Source of the DNA: Chloroflexota bacterium
Lineage (GTDB): Bacteria > Chloroflexota > UBA11872
Assembly (NCBI GenBank): GCA_022824865.1
Contig: JAJDZD010000069.1
Coordinates: 495 to 64,494, forward strand
Direction of reading: 5' to 3'
Length of the DNA: 64,000 nucleotides
The position numbers were made by a program, and so were the translations under genes. Shown here piece after piece: positions 1 to 8,706 of the stretch (position 1 is its first letter; each line of letters begins with the position of its first letter). The notes under the pieces were generated by a model. The model was not told the DNA's origin. It was given only the letters and a program-made list of their open reading frames with translations, and did no database searches.

Positions 1-500
1 CCCACCACGGCAGCCTTGGAAACGCTGTAGGCCGTCCCGCCGGGTGGCCCGGGGCTCACGACCGAGTACGACGCCACCGTGATGATCACGCCGCCGCCCC
101 TTTCCAGCATCCCCGGAAGCGCCGCCTGGGTCAGGGTGAGGGGGCCGGTCACATTGATGCGCGTCAGCGCGTCGATATCGTCGGCACTCGTCGTGCCCAC
201 GCTGCGCGCCGCCGTGTTGGCGCCGGCGTTATTGACCAGGATGTCCAGCCGGCCGAACGCGGCAAGGGTCTCGTCGACAGTGTCTCGGGCGGCGTCGGCA
301 TCGCCGAGGTCGGCGGGCAGGACCAATGCGCTGGCGCCGACCGAGGCTCCGATCAGCTGAGCGGTCTCCTCGAGCAGGTGGGTCCGACGACCTACGAGGG
401 CTACCGAGGCGCCATCGCCCGCCAGCGCCAGCGCGGCCGCCCGGCCGATGCCGCTGCCGCCGCCGGTGACAAGGGCAACCTGGCCATCAAGGGCTCCCAT
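1..500 (-). CDS. short-chain dehydrogenase/reductase (SDR) family oxidoreductase, partial (C-terminus lies beyond the window start)
   Basis: Manual reverse-complement translation from ATG at 500: MGALDGQVALVTGGGSGIGRAAALALAGDGASVALVGRR. This carries the TGxxxGxG Rossmann motif. A downstream YSVSK matches the SDR catalytic YxxxK. No stop before position 1. Not in the ORF track because it runs off the edge. Confidence 0.8.
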   Translation of the reverse strand, partial: MGALDGQVALVTGGGSGIGRAAALALAGDGASVALVGRRTHLLEETAQLIGASVGASALVLPADLGDADAARDTVDETLAAFGRLDILVNNAGANTAARSVGTTSADDIDALTRINVTGPLTLTQAALPGMLERGGGVIITVASYSVVSPGPPGGTAYSVSKAAVV

Positions 501-536
501 GACGCGTCTTATCCCCTTTCCAGCGATCCGGGTCGG

Positions 537-1682
537 CTACTGGCTCTGCCCGCGCGCCGAGACCTCCCAAACGTCTCGGACGATGCCGTTACGCCCCACG
601 AACGCGTGGTCGTACAGGTTCACGCACGGGCAGATGTGGTTGGGAATGATCTGCAGGACCTGACCGATTGTGTAAGCGCCGGCGTCGGGGACCGAGAGCA
701 CGCCGTGCTCGTCGGAGAGGCTGACGATAGTGGCTTCCGGCTGGCCAACGACCAGGCCGAAGCCGCTGTTCTCGAGAATGCTGGGTCCACGGCGATCAGA
801 AGTCAGCGCCTTGGCGCCCGCGTCCACCACCACGCGGTCGGGCGCGGGAAGGTTGACCACCGTGGCCAGCACCGTGGCCGCGCACCAGTCGGTGTGGCCC
901 AGGAAGTTGGCATGGGAACCGTCGTTGAAGACCGCGGTGCCTGGCCGAAGCTCATCGATGCCCGAGTGAAACTTGCGCGCAAAGAGCGACGGCGTCGATC
1001 CCATGCTGACCTCGCAGGGCGCGCCGGTGGCGTTACGGATGGCTTGCGCGGCCTCGAGCATCTGGCGCTGGGCCTGGTCGGCGATCACGGCCAGGTCGGC
1101 GTCATTGCGGGCGGCGTAGTCATGCCCTTCATGGGTGTAGACGCCGCGCAGGGCGAGCCCAGGCGAATCCAGGATTCGTTGGGCCAGTTCGACGGCCTCA
1201 TGGGGTTCCACAACGCCGGTGCGGCGTTGGCCGACGTCGATCTCGATGCTGATGTCCAGGGGATCGACCCCGCGGAACGCCTGGCTGAGCAGGTCGATCT
1301 GGTCGGGGTGATCGACGCCGACGGCCAGCCGGACTCGCTCGGCCAGCGCGCGCAGCCGGCGCATCTTGGCCGCGCCGACGACCTGGTTGGCGATGAAGAT
1401 ATCGTCGATGCCGCCGTCGGCGAACACCTCGGCCTCCCCGGTCTTGGCGCAGCAGATGCCCTGGGCGCCGGCAGCGATCTGGAGCTTCGCTACCGCCAGC
1501 ATGCGGTGGGTCTTGATGTGCGGTCGCAGCCGGGCGCCGGCGGCCTGGGCGATCTCGACCGTGCGGGCGACGTTGGCCTCAACGACGTCCAGGTCCAAGA
1601 CCAGGGCCGGCGTATCCAGGGCGTCGATCGGCTGACCAATTGCCGTAGCTGGATCGCGGGTGGAGAGCGCGAGTGCGACCAT
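537..1682 (-). CDS. alanine-racemase-fold PLP enzyme (D-serine dehydratase-like / D-threonine aldolase family)
   Basis: 381 aa ORF. PHIKTHRM resembles the PLP-lysine region of the alanine racemase N-terminal domain family. Length and C-terminal beta domain are typical of DSD1-like enzymes. Confidence 0.7.
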   Translation of the reverse strand: MVALALSTRDPATAIGQPIDALDTPALVLDLDVVEANVARTVEIAQAAGARLRPHIKTHRMLAVAKLQIAAGAQGICCAKTGEAEVFADGGIDDIFIANQVVGAAKMRRLRALAERVRLAVGVDHPDQIDLLSQAFRGVDPLDISIEIDVGQRRTGVVEPHEAVELAQRILDSPGLALRGVYTHEGHDYAARNDADLAVIADQAQRQMLEAAQAIRNATGAPCEVSMGSTPSLFARKFHSGIDELRPGTAVFNDGSHANFLGHTDWCAATVLATVVNLPAPDRVVVDAGAKALTSDRRGPSILENSGFGLVVGQPEATIVSLSDEHGVLSVPDAGAYTIGQVLQIIPNHICPCVNLYDHAFVGRNGIVRDVWEVSARGQSQ

Positions 1683-1774
1683 GGGGTTCCGCCATCGGGG
1701 AAGCGCGACAGTCTACGCGCGGCGGTGCCGGTGTCGTATCGTCGCGCGAGGCAAAAGGCAAGGAGGTCCGCGAC

Positions 1775-3265
1775 ATGGCTGCGGAGGTAGAGACGCTCCA
1801 AAACTGGATCGCGGGAGAATGGACAGCGCCGCGCGGCACGGATGCCGCGGAAGTCACGAACCCCGCCTCGGGCGGGGTAGTTGCCGAGGCGCCGATGTCG
1901 TCGAACGACGATGTGGCGGATGCCGTGGGGGCCGCTCACGCTGCATTCGATTCGTGGCGCGCGACGCCCGCGGTGGAACGTGGACGGTTGCTGTTCCGGC
2001 TGCATCACCTGGTCGAGGAGCAGTTCGAGGACCTGTCGCGCACGATCACCATCGAGAACGGGAAGACCCTGGAAGAAGCGCGCGGCGAACTGATCCGGAC
2101 CCTGGAGAACATCGAGGTCGCGGCCGGTATTCCAACGCTGCAAATGGGTGACTTCTCGGCCGACATCGCCGCGGGCATTGATGAGACCTCGATCCGCGAG
2201 CCGATGGGGGTGTTTGTCCAAATCGGCCCCTTCAACTTCCCGTCGATGGTGCCGTTCTGGTTCGCGCCGTACGCGCTGGCCACCGGCAACACCTACGTCA
2301 TAAAGCCGTCGCCGCAGACCCCGATCAGCCAGGCGCGAATGATGGACCTGATTGCTGAGGCCGGATTCCCGTCGGGCGTCATCAACCTGGTGCACGGCGG
2401 CGCGGAGACGGCCGAGGCGCTGATTGCCGATCCGCGCGTGCAGGGCGTCTCGTTTGTCGGAACCACGCCGGTCGCGCAACGCATTTACGAGCTGGCAGGG
2501 CAGCACGGCAAGCGGGTCCAGGCGCAGGGCGGGGCCAAGAACCACCTGGTCGTGCTACCGGATGCCAACCTTGACGCGGCAATCCCGAATCTGATGGGCT
2601 CCACGTTCGGTTGTGCAGGCCAGCGCTGTCTGGCCGGGTCGGTGGTGGTGGCGCAAAACGATGTCTACTCGGAGTTCACGGATCGCCTGACGTCGGCCGC
2701 GCAGGCCTTGCGGCTGGGCGACGGGCTGGACCCGGACGTCGGGATGGGGCCGGTGATTTCGCAGGACTCTCGCGATCGAATCCTGGCTACGCTCGACGAT
2801 GCCGCGTCCGCAGGCGCACGGATGGTGGCTGACGGCCGCGGCGCCACCGCCGAGGGTCTGCCCAACGGCTACTGGGTCGGTCCGACGGTAGTCGATGAAG
2901 TGACCCCGGACATGCGGATTTCGCAGGAAGAGGTCTTCGGGCCGGTGGCCAGCCTGCTGCGGGTTGGCACGCTGCAAGAGGCGATGGACATGATCGAGGC
3001 CAGCCCCTTCGGCAATGCCGCCTCGATCTATACCAACAGCGGCACGGCGGCCCGCGAGTTCGTTTCCGGCGTCAACATCGGAAACGTAGGCGTGAACGTG
3101 GGCGTGGCCGCGCCGATGGCGTTCTTCCCGTTCGCGGGGCGCAAGGCGTCGTTCTTTGGCGACCTGCACGGACAGGCCGGAGACGCCGTGCGCTTCTTTA
3201 CCGATCCGAAAGTCGTCGTGTCGCGCTGGCCGAAGTCGACCGACGGCCGCGACCCCTGGGACTGA
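1775..3265 (+). CDS. methylmalonate-semialdehyde dehydrogenase (CoA-acylating) family aldehyde dehydrogenase
   Basis: ALDH-like over the full length, with FGCAGQRC containing the catalytic Cys. The C-terminal FFPFAGRKASFFGDLHGQ block is typical of MMSDH. I place the start at ATG 1775, which is preceded by AAGGAGG. The track ORF begins further upstream at 1673. Confidence 0.85.
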   Translation: MAAEVETLQNWIAGEWTAPRGTDAAEVTNPASGGVVAEAPMSSNDDVADAVGAAHAAFDSWRATPAVERGRLLFRLHHLVEEQFEDLSRTITIENGKTLEEARGELIRTLENIEVAAGIPTLQMGDFSADIAAGIDETSIREPMGVFVQIGPFNFPSMVPFWFAPYALATGNTYVIKPSPQTPISQARMMDLIAEAGFPSGVINLVHGGAETAEALIADPRVQGVSFVGTTPVAQRIYELAGQHGKRVQAQGGAKNHLVVLPDANLDAAIPNLMGSTFGCAGQRCLAGSVVVAQNDVYSEFTDRLTSAAQALRLGDGLDPDVGMGPVISQDSRDRILATLDDAASAGARMVADGRGATAEGLPNGYWVGPTVVDEVTPDMRISQEEVFGPVASLLRVGTLQEAMDMIEASPFGNAASIYTNSGTAAREFVSGVNIGNVGVNVGVAAPMAFFPFAGRKASFFGDLHGQAGDAVRFFTDPKVVVSRWPKSTDGRDPWD

Positions 3266-3272
3266 GCCGCCG

Positions 3273-3938
3273 ATGTCTGCCCGCCGACGCCAGGATCCCG
3301 ACCGCCCCGCACGCGACTGGGCCTATCTGCAAGACATTCATCCCGCGATCAGCGGGGCGCAGGCCCGAATCGAGCGAGAGGCCGCAAAGGACCGCGAGCC
3401 GATAACTGAGCGCGAGTCCGCGCGGCTGCTGGCCACGCTGGTGCGCGCCTGCGGCGCCCGGACGGCCCTGGAAATCGGCACAAACCTCGGCTACTCGGCC
3501 ACCTGGATCGCCGGCGCCCTGCCGCGCGACGGCTGCCTGGTCTGCCTGGACATCGATGCCGAGATTCTCGAACGCGCCCGCGAGCACCTCACGCACGAAC
3601 GGGTAGCCGATAAGGTTGAGTTGCGCTGCGGCGCGGCGCTCGACTTGCTGGCCGACCTTCCCGGACCGTTCGACTTCGCCTACATCGACGCCAACAAGGA
3701 CGACTACCCCGCCTACCTGGAGGCGTGTGTAGAGCGGCTGCGTCCAGGCGGCGTCGTCTGCGTCGACAATCTGCTCTGGGGCGGCCAGGCCGCCATGGAG
3801 ACCGACGACCCGAACCGTCCGCGCCAGTGGACCCCAATCATCCGCTCGTTCAACCGATCGTTCCTGGACCACCCTCAGCTGGACTCGACCATCGTGCAGA
3901 TCGGCGACGGTGTGGGCATCGGGGTGAAACGGGGCTGA
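3273..3938 (+). CDS. class I SAM-dependent O-methyltransferase (caffeoyl-CoA OMT-like, family 3)
   Basis: LEIGTNLGYSATWIA is SAM-binding motif I. The FDFAYIDANKDDY and VCVDNLLWGG blocks are typical of cation-dependent OMTs. ATG at 3273 sits 5 nt after the upstream stop. Confidence 0.75.
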   Translation: MSARRRQDPDRPARDWAYLQDIHPAISGAQARIEREAAKDREPITERESARLLATLVRACGARTALEIGTNLGYSATWIAGALPRDGCLVCLDIDAEILERAREHLTHERVADKVELRCGAALDLLADLPGPFDFAYIDANKDDYPAYLEACVERLRPGGVVCVDNLLWGGQAAMETDDPNRPRQWTPIIRSFNRSFLDHPQLDSTIVQIGDGVGIGVKRG

Positions 3939-4051
3939 ATCGTCTCCAGGCGGCGTTACGCGGTCGGTGCAAACGGCCGCGTGGGCTGCCGCAATTGACG
4001 TAGCTGCCGCTGCCGCCTAGCGTCATACCCGGCACCGAGCCTCAGCGGCGA

Positions 4052-4819
4052 ATGGAGCAGGAACTCGTGATTACGAACACGGCAAAGCAACGCATGGAGC
4101 AGGGCAAGGTTGCACTCGGGGCCGGCTGCGGCCTCGGTGTTCCATTCCCCGCAGAGATGTTGGCGAGGATGGGGTTCGACTGGGTGCTGATCGACAACCA
4201 GCACGGCAGCTGGGACCGCTACTCCTCCATGCTGGCGTTCATGGCCGTGCGCGCCGGCGGCTCGATTCCGATTGCGCGCGCGCTGGTGAATCGCTACGAC
4301 GAGATTGGGCGTCTGCTGGACGAAGGCGCGCTGGGCATCATCGTGCCGATGGTCGACACGGTGGAGCAGGCCGAGGCGGCGGCGTTTGCCTCACGCTTCC
4401 CACCGGCCGGCGGCCGCTCCAACGGCGCCGGCGGCGCCAGTGCCTACGGACCTGACTACATCGACCGCTTCAACGACGAGGTCTTTGTGGCGATCCAGTT
4501 GGAGTCAAAGGAAGCCATCGAGAACGCCGACGACATCATGGCCGTGGACGGCATCGACGGCTGCTGGCTGGGCCCCGCCGACCTGGCGAACTCCATCGGA
4601 TTCGCTCGCGACTCCGCCGAACACGACGAAGCCGTGATGCGAATGATCGAAGCCTGCCAGAAGCACGGCAAAGCCCCAGGCATCGCCGCCGGCAACGTGG
4701 AGCAGGTCGAGAAATGGGTAGCCGCCGGCTGCACCTTCATCAGCGCCGGCAGCGACAAGGGCTACATCGCACTGGGCGGCATGGCGGAGTTCGAGGCGCT
4801 GAAGCACCTGCGCGAATAG
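4052..4819 (+). CDS. HpcH/HpaI family 2-keto-3-deoxy-acid aldolase
   Basis: 255 aa. GFDWVLIDNQHG, IVPMVDT and WLGPADLANSIG blocks are characteristic of HpcH/HpaI aldolases. Confidence 0.8.
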   Translation: MEQELVITNTAKQRMEQGKVALGAGCGLGVPFPAEMLARMGFDWVLIDNQHGSWDRYSSMLAFMAVRAGGSIPIARALVNRYDEIGRLLDEGALGIIVPMVDTVEQAEAAAFASRFPPAGGRSNGAGGASAYGPDYIDRFNDEVFVAIQLESKEAIENADDIMAVDGIDGCWLGPADLANSIGFARDSAEHDEAVMRMIEACQKHGKAPGIAAGNVEQVEKWVAAGCTFISAGSDKGYIALGGMAEFEALKHLRE

Positions 4820-4993
4820 GCGATTCGAAGCTGTCACGGCCTCGTGAAACCTCTCCAAACGAGAAGGGTCATTGCGAAGGCTTACGAGCCCGCTGTGGGC
4901 GTCGGTCGTTCTCGGCTGGGTCATAAGCCCTCGCTTGTTTCGATCCTGGAGGCTGTCTAGAATCAGCCGCGATGAGCGCATGGACGTCTTTGC

Positions 4994-5713
4994 GTGGTCC
5001 GCATCGTCCTGCTTGCTGTCCTCGGCGTTGTTCTTGTTGCCCTGACAGTGATAGGCCTCTGGCCTGGCACGCCGAACAGTCGGTCGTTTCTTCTGGCAAT
5101 TGTGCTGGCAGGATTCCAACTAAGCGTACTCATTTACTTTCTTCCTGGATGGATCGAAAGTCTCAGGAGACCGAAACAGACTGCACGTGAGATTCAAGAG
5201 TGGTCTTCCATGCGAATAGACCCTCGTGACTTCGGAGTCCGGCGACGCTCAAGACATCGAAGTAAAAGTCGAGTCTTCGATCCACGGCCGGGCCTGGGTG
5301 GGAGATCAGTCGTGGGTGCCGGGAGACCGCGTGTCCGGCAAGCGTCTTTGAGGCGACAGGAGGAGTTGCGAGTTAAGCAGGGACGAGGCGACGCGGCCCG
5401 AAGACGCGTGCATGCCAGTTCTCGCAGGGCGCATGTCAGTTGTGCCGAATCGTTGTCGTCAAGCGGCACGGGGCGACGAAGGAGACTGAATCAGCCGTCG
5501 ATCCGACGAACTAGATCTGCCCAGATTCGTCAAGAAAATGAGGAACGTATGGCTCAACTTCGTATTGAGCAAAGCATGCAGTACGCAGCGGAAGAAGGTC
5601 CCTTTGGCAAGCACGTTTCCGAGACTGCCGGTGAGCGTAAAAAGCGAACACGTCTGAGGAAGCGGAAGGAGCGGTTTTGGCGAGAGCTCGACTGGGGTTC
5701 GGGGCCATCCTGA
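4994..5713 (+). CDS. hypothetical protein (two predicted N-terminal TM helices, then a strongly Arg/Lys-rich region)
   Basis: This is the only long ORF in a visibly lower-GC 1.1 kb stretch. The N-terminus is hydrophobic. The middle is low-complexity R/S-rich. An internal ATG at 5548 with upstream GAGGAA could mark a separate 54 aa basic peptide. Weak gene call. Confidence 0.25.
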   Translation: MVRIVLLAVLGVVLVALTVIGLWPGTPNSRSFLLAIVLAGFQLSVLIYFLPGWIESLRRPKQTAREIQEWSSMRIDPRDFGVRRRSRHRSKSRVFDPRPGLGGRSVVGAGRPRVRQASLRRQEELRVKQGRGDAARRRVHASSRRAHVSCAESLSSSGTGRRRRLNQPSIRRTRSAQIRQENEERMAQLRIEQSMQYAAEEGPFGKHVSETAGERKKRTRLRKRKERFWRELDWGSGPS

Positions 5714-5941
5714 CGGACCCCTGACGCCGCGTAGACGACGTGTACGACATCGATTTTGAGGTTCGCATTTGCGGTGAGAAAGGCCTCTGGGCAGCGGTGT
5801 CGTGCCAGGTAGAAGGTCCGAGTCTCTCGGCGGCTACGAGACCTCTTTGACTGTTGACCAGCTGTCGCGCGGCATGTTCATGATGGCGAGACACGGCTAT
5901 CCTCTGGCGCGGTGGTTATCCCTCGCAGTTGAGGTCGCTCC

Positions 5942-7072
5942 ATGAAGATCGCCAATATCACCGTTCGCCAGGTTGACGTCCCGCATCCGCATCCGTATGT
6001 GCATGCGTGGGGGCCGCCGGGGCGCGTGGAGTATTCGCGCGGGGCGGTGATCGTGAAGGTGGAGACGGATGAGGGGCTGACCGGCTGGGGTATTGGTGAT
6101 ACGCGGAGCGGGGTCACGAACCGGGACGTTGTGGCACCGCAGCTTGTGGGCCAGGACGTGTATGCCCTGGCGCGACATGCCGAAGTGATGCGTCGGGCCG
6201 GGACGTTTCTGTTCGACATGGCGCTTTGCGACATCATTGGGAAAGCGGCGGGCCAGCCCTTGCACCGTCTATGGGGCTATCGCGACACCCGAGTGCGCGC
6301 CTACGCCAGCACCATCGTGGCGGCTACGCCGGAGCAGCGAGCCGAGGATGCGTTGGCCTATCTGGAGCAGGGGTTCACGGCCATCAAGCTGCGCACGGCG
6401 TTTCCGACCCTGGCAGAGGACGTGGCGTTGGTGTCAGCGGTGCGCGACGCGGTGGGCGACCGCATGGTGATCATGGTGGATGCCAACCTGGCGGGCGGAT
6501 CGTCCAGCGACCACCGTCCCGCCTGGGACTACGAGCGAGCCCTGGCCGAGGCACGCGAGCTGGAACAGCTGGACGTGTACTGGCTGGAGGAGCCGCTGCC
6601 GCGAGACGACTTTGACACGATTGCTCGACTCACGGCCGAAACCGACATTGCCATTGCCGGTGGCGAGGGCAACCTGGGCATGCCCGACTTCGTTGAGATG
6701 ATCCGGGTGGGCGCCTACGACATCCTGCAGCCGGACACGGCCGCGAGCTGCGAGGTTCTGTCGCAATTCATCAAGATCGCCGCGGCGGCGGAGTTTGCGG
6801 GCAAGCTGTTCGTGCCCCATCACGGCGTCACCGGACTTGGCATCGCCGCGCACATGCAGTTGAGCGTGTGTATCCCGAATTGCCCCTACGTGGAATTCAT
6901 CCTCGACGAGCCGTACCGCACGATTGAGCACTATCAGCAGCTGGGCGGCATCGTGGACGCGCCACTGCGGATCGACGCCGAGGGCTACCTGCCCGTGCCA
7001 ACGCGTCCGGGCCTGGGCGTGGGCGTAAACGAAGACGCCATCGCCCAGTACGAAGTCGAGGTCACCGACTAG
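5942..7072 (+). CDS. enolase-superfamily enzyme (mandelate racemase / muconate lactonizing enzyme family, putative sugar-acid dehydratase)
   Basis: 376 aa. The N-terminal capping domain and barrel region have acidic metal ligands in MVDANL, LEEP and DILQPD blocks. Confidence 0.8.
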   Translation: MKIANITVRQVDVPHPHPYVHAWGPPGRVEYSRGAVIVKVETDEGLTGWGIGDTRSGVTNRDVVAPQLVGQDVYALARHAEVMRRAGTFLFDMALCDIIGKAAGQPLHRLWGYRDTRVRAYASTIVAATPEQRAEDALAYLEQGFTAIKLRTAFPTLAEDVALVSAVRDAVGDRMVIMVDANLAGGSSSDHRPAWDYERALAEARELEQLDVYWLEEPLPRDDFDTIARLTAETDIAIAGGEGNLGMPDFVEMIRVGAYDILQPDTAASCEVLSQFIKIAAAAEFAGKLFVPHHGVTGLGIAAHMQLSVCIPNCPYVEFILDEPYRTIEHYQQLGGIVDAPLRIDAEGYLPVPTRPGLGVGVNEDAIAQYEVEVTD

Positions 7073-7532
7073 GCGGCGAGCCGGTCTCTCCAGTCTGCTG
7101 AGCGGAATCGGCTTGAGCGGCGGGGCGATTGCCGGGCCAGCGGGAAGGACCGGGCCGCGGCTGTTCGCCGTCGGAGCCCGCGATGGGACCGGGCCGAACG
7201 TGCTTGGCGGTCAGGGCGCCTACGGCCAGGGCGGTCTTGGGAGATGCGCCGGCCTGCTTGAGGATCGTCTCGGTGGACTCGCGCACGTGGTGGTAGACCG
7301 CATCGCTGTCGCCGACGCCGGGCGCGGGGCCGTCGCCAGCCGTCCAGATTTTGGCCAGCCGGTCGGCCAGGAGATCGCTGACGACCATAAGGTCGCGGGC
7401 CATGCGTCCGGCCGAGTCGTCCTGGCTCTCAGGTTGCCGGCCCATCTGTCGACCGACCCAGAGGCCTGCGGTCGCAGCCAATACGGCGCCTATGATCGCG
7501 GCAGCGGCTCCAAGGATGATCGAATCGCTCAT
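7062..7532 (-). CDS. hypothetical small membrane-anchored protein
   Basis: 156 aa with an N-terminal TM helix (IILGAAAAIIGAVLAATAGLWV). The opposite-strand ORF 7113-7562 is Gly-rich junk. Convergent 11 bp overlap with the upstream gene. Confidence 0.3.
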   Translation of the reverse strand: MSDSIILGAAAAIIGAVLAATAGLWVGRQMGRQPESQDDSAGRMARDLMVVSDLLADRLAKIWTAGDGPAPGVGDSDAVYHHVRESTETILKQAGASPKTALAVGALTAKHVRPGPIAGSDGEQPRPGPSRWPGNRPAAQADSAQQTGETGSPPSR

Positions 7533-7735
7533 TTTGGTGCTGGCGGATCGGCGCGCCGCTAATGGCTCGGAGGTTCGAACGTCAGGCTAAGCCTACTGCG
7601 CGGCCCACTCTATGGGGCAAGGTCGCTGCCCAGACTGTTGCGCTGGAACCGAGGCCTTGATTTGCCCACCAATTCGCATCCCCGAGACTAGGGTGGAAGT
7701 GTGTTTCCGAGTTCCTTGAGTCGAGGTTGAAGCGC

Positions 7736-8635
7736 ATGCGGCGAGTCATTATTGACACTGACCCCGGCACTGACGACGCCCTGGCGCTCTTGATGGCATT
7801 GAATTGCCCCGACTTGCTCATCGAGGGCATCACGACCGTCGGCGGCAACGCGACGCTGGCGCAGACGACTCAGAACGCGCTGCGGCTAGTCGACCACGTC
7901 GCCTCCGGGCGTGATGTTCCAGTCGCCGTTGGCGCCGACCAGCCGGCGCGCGGCTCGTTTTCGTATGCGTACCACGTTCACGGCACCGATGGTCTTGGGG
8001 TCGACTTGCCTTCCACTGCGCGGAAACCACAGCGAGCGGACGCAATCGAGTTCATTCGCGACCGCACACTTGCGGCGCCGGGACGTATAGCTGTGATTGC
8101 GCTTGGGCCGCTGACAAACTTGGCCGCGGCACTGGACGGTCGGCCCGACGTTGCCAAGGCAATCTCGGAGATCGTCGTCATGGGCGGGGCTGTTGAGATG
8201 CCCGGCAACATTACGTCCCACGCCGAATTCAACATTTACGAAGACCCGTGGTCCGCGAACGCCGTTTGCGCGTCCGGGGTGCCCGTCACTCTCGTCGGAC
8301 TGGACGTGACCCACAAGACTTCCATGCACCGTGACGGCGGCCCGCGGTGGTTCGAGGGCACGTCCAGGTCTGCCCAATTGGGGAACCGCATCCTGTCGAG
8401 CAGTTTTCGGGAGCGAGCTGACGTGCAGGACTTCTACCTGCACGATCCCCTGGCCGTAGCGGCGGCCATTGAGCCTGAACTCCTGACGTATCGACGCGCG
8501 CAGGTGGAGGTCGTGACGGATGGGGAGGAGCGAGGTCGAACCGTAGCGAGTTTCCGCGACGGGTCCGTGCAGGTGGCGCTCGGGGTCGATGTCGGGGGAG
8601 CCGTGGAGGTCGTAAGGACACTTATCTCCAAGTGA
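7736..8635 (+). CDS. inosine/uridine-preferring nucleoside hydrolase family protein
   Basis: IIDTDPGTDDALAL is the DXDXXXDD signature. ATG 7736 has GAGG 9 nt upstream. The track ORF starts at TTG 7727. Confidence 0.85.
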   Translation: MRRVIIDTDPGTDDALALLMALNCPDLLIEGITTVGGNATLAQTTQNALRLVDHVASGRDVPVAVGADQPARGSFSYAYHVHGTDGLGVDLPSTARKPQRADAIEFIRDRTLAAPGRIAVIALGPLTNLAAALDGRPDVAKAISEIVVMGGAVEMPGNITSHAEFNIYEDPWSANAVCASGVPVTLVGLDVTHKTSMHRDGGPRWFEGTSRSAQLGNRILSSSFRERADVQDFYLHDPLAVAAAIEPELLTYRRAQVEVVTDGEERGRTVASFRDGSVQVALGVDVGGAVEVVRTLISK

Positions 8636-8706
8636 ACATATGAAGCCACCGGAGTAGATCGACGCACCCGTTATCGCTCATGATCTGACGCGGGGGATTC
8701 GCAGGG

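Noticed and set aside
1490-2545. 351 aa minus-strand ORF overlapping the MMSDH gene
   Set aside because: Arg/Gly/Pro/Ala-rich low-complexity translation typical of antisense shadow ORFs in high-GC DNA. The plus-strand ALDH gene explains the region.
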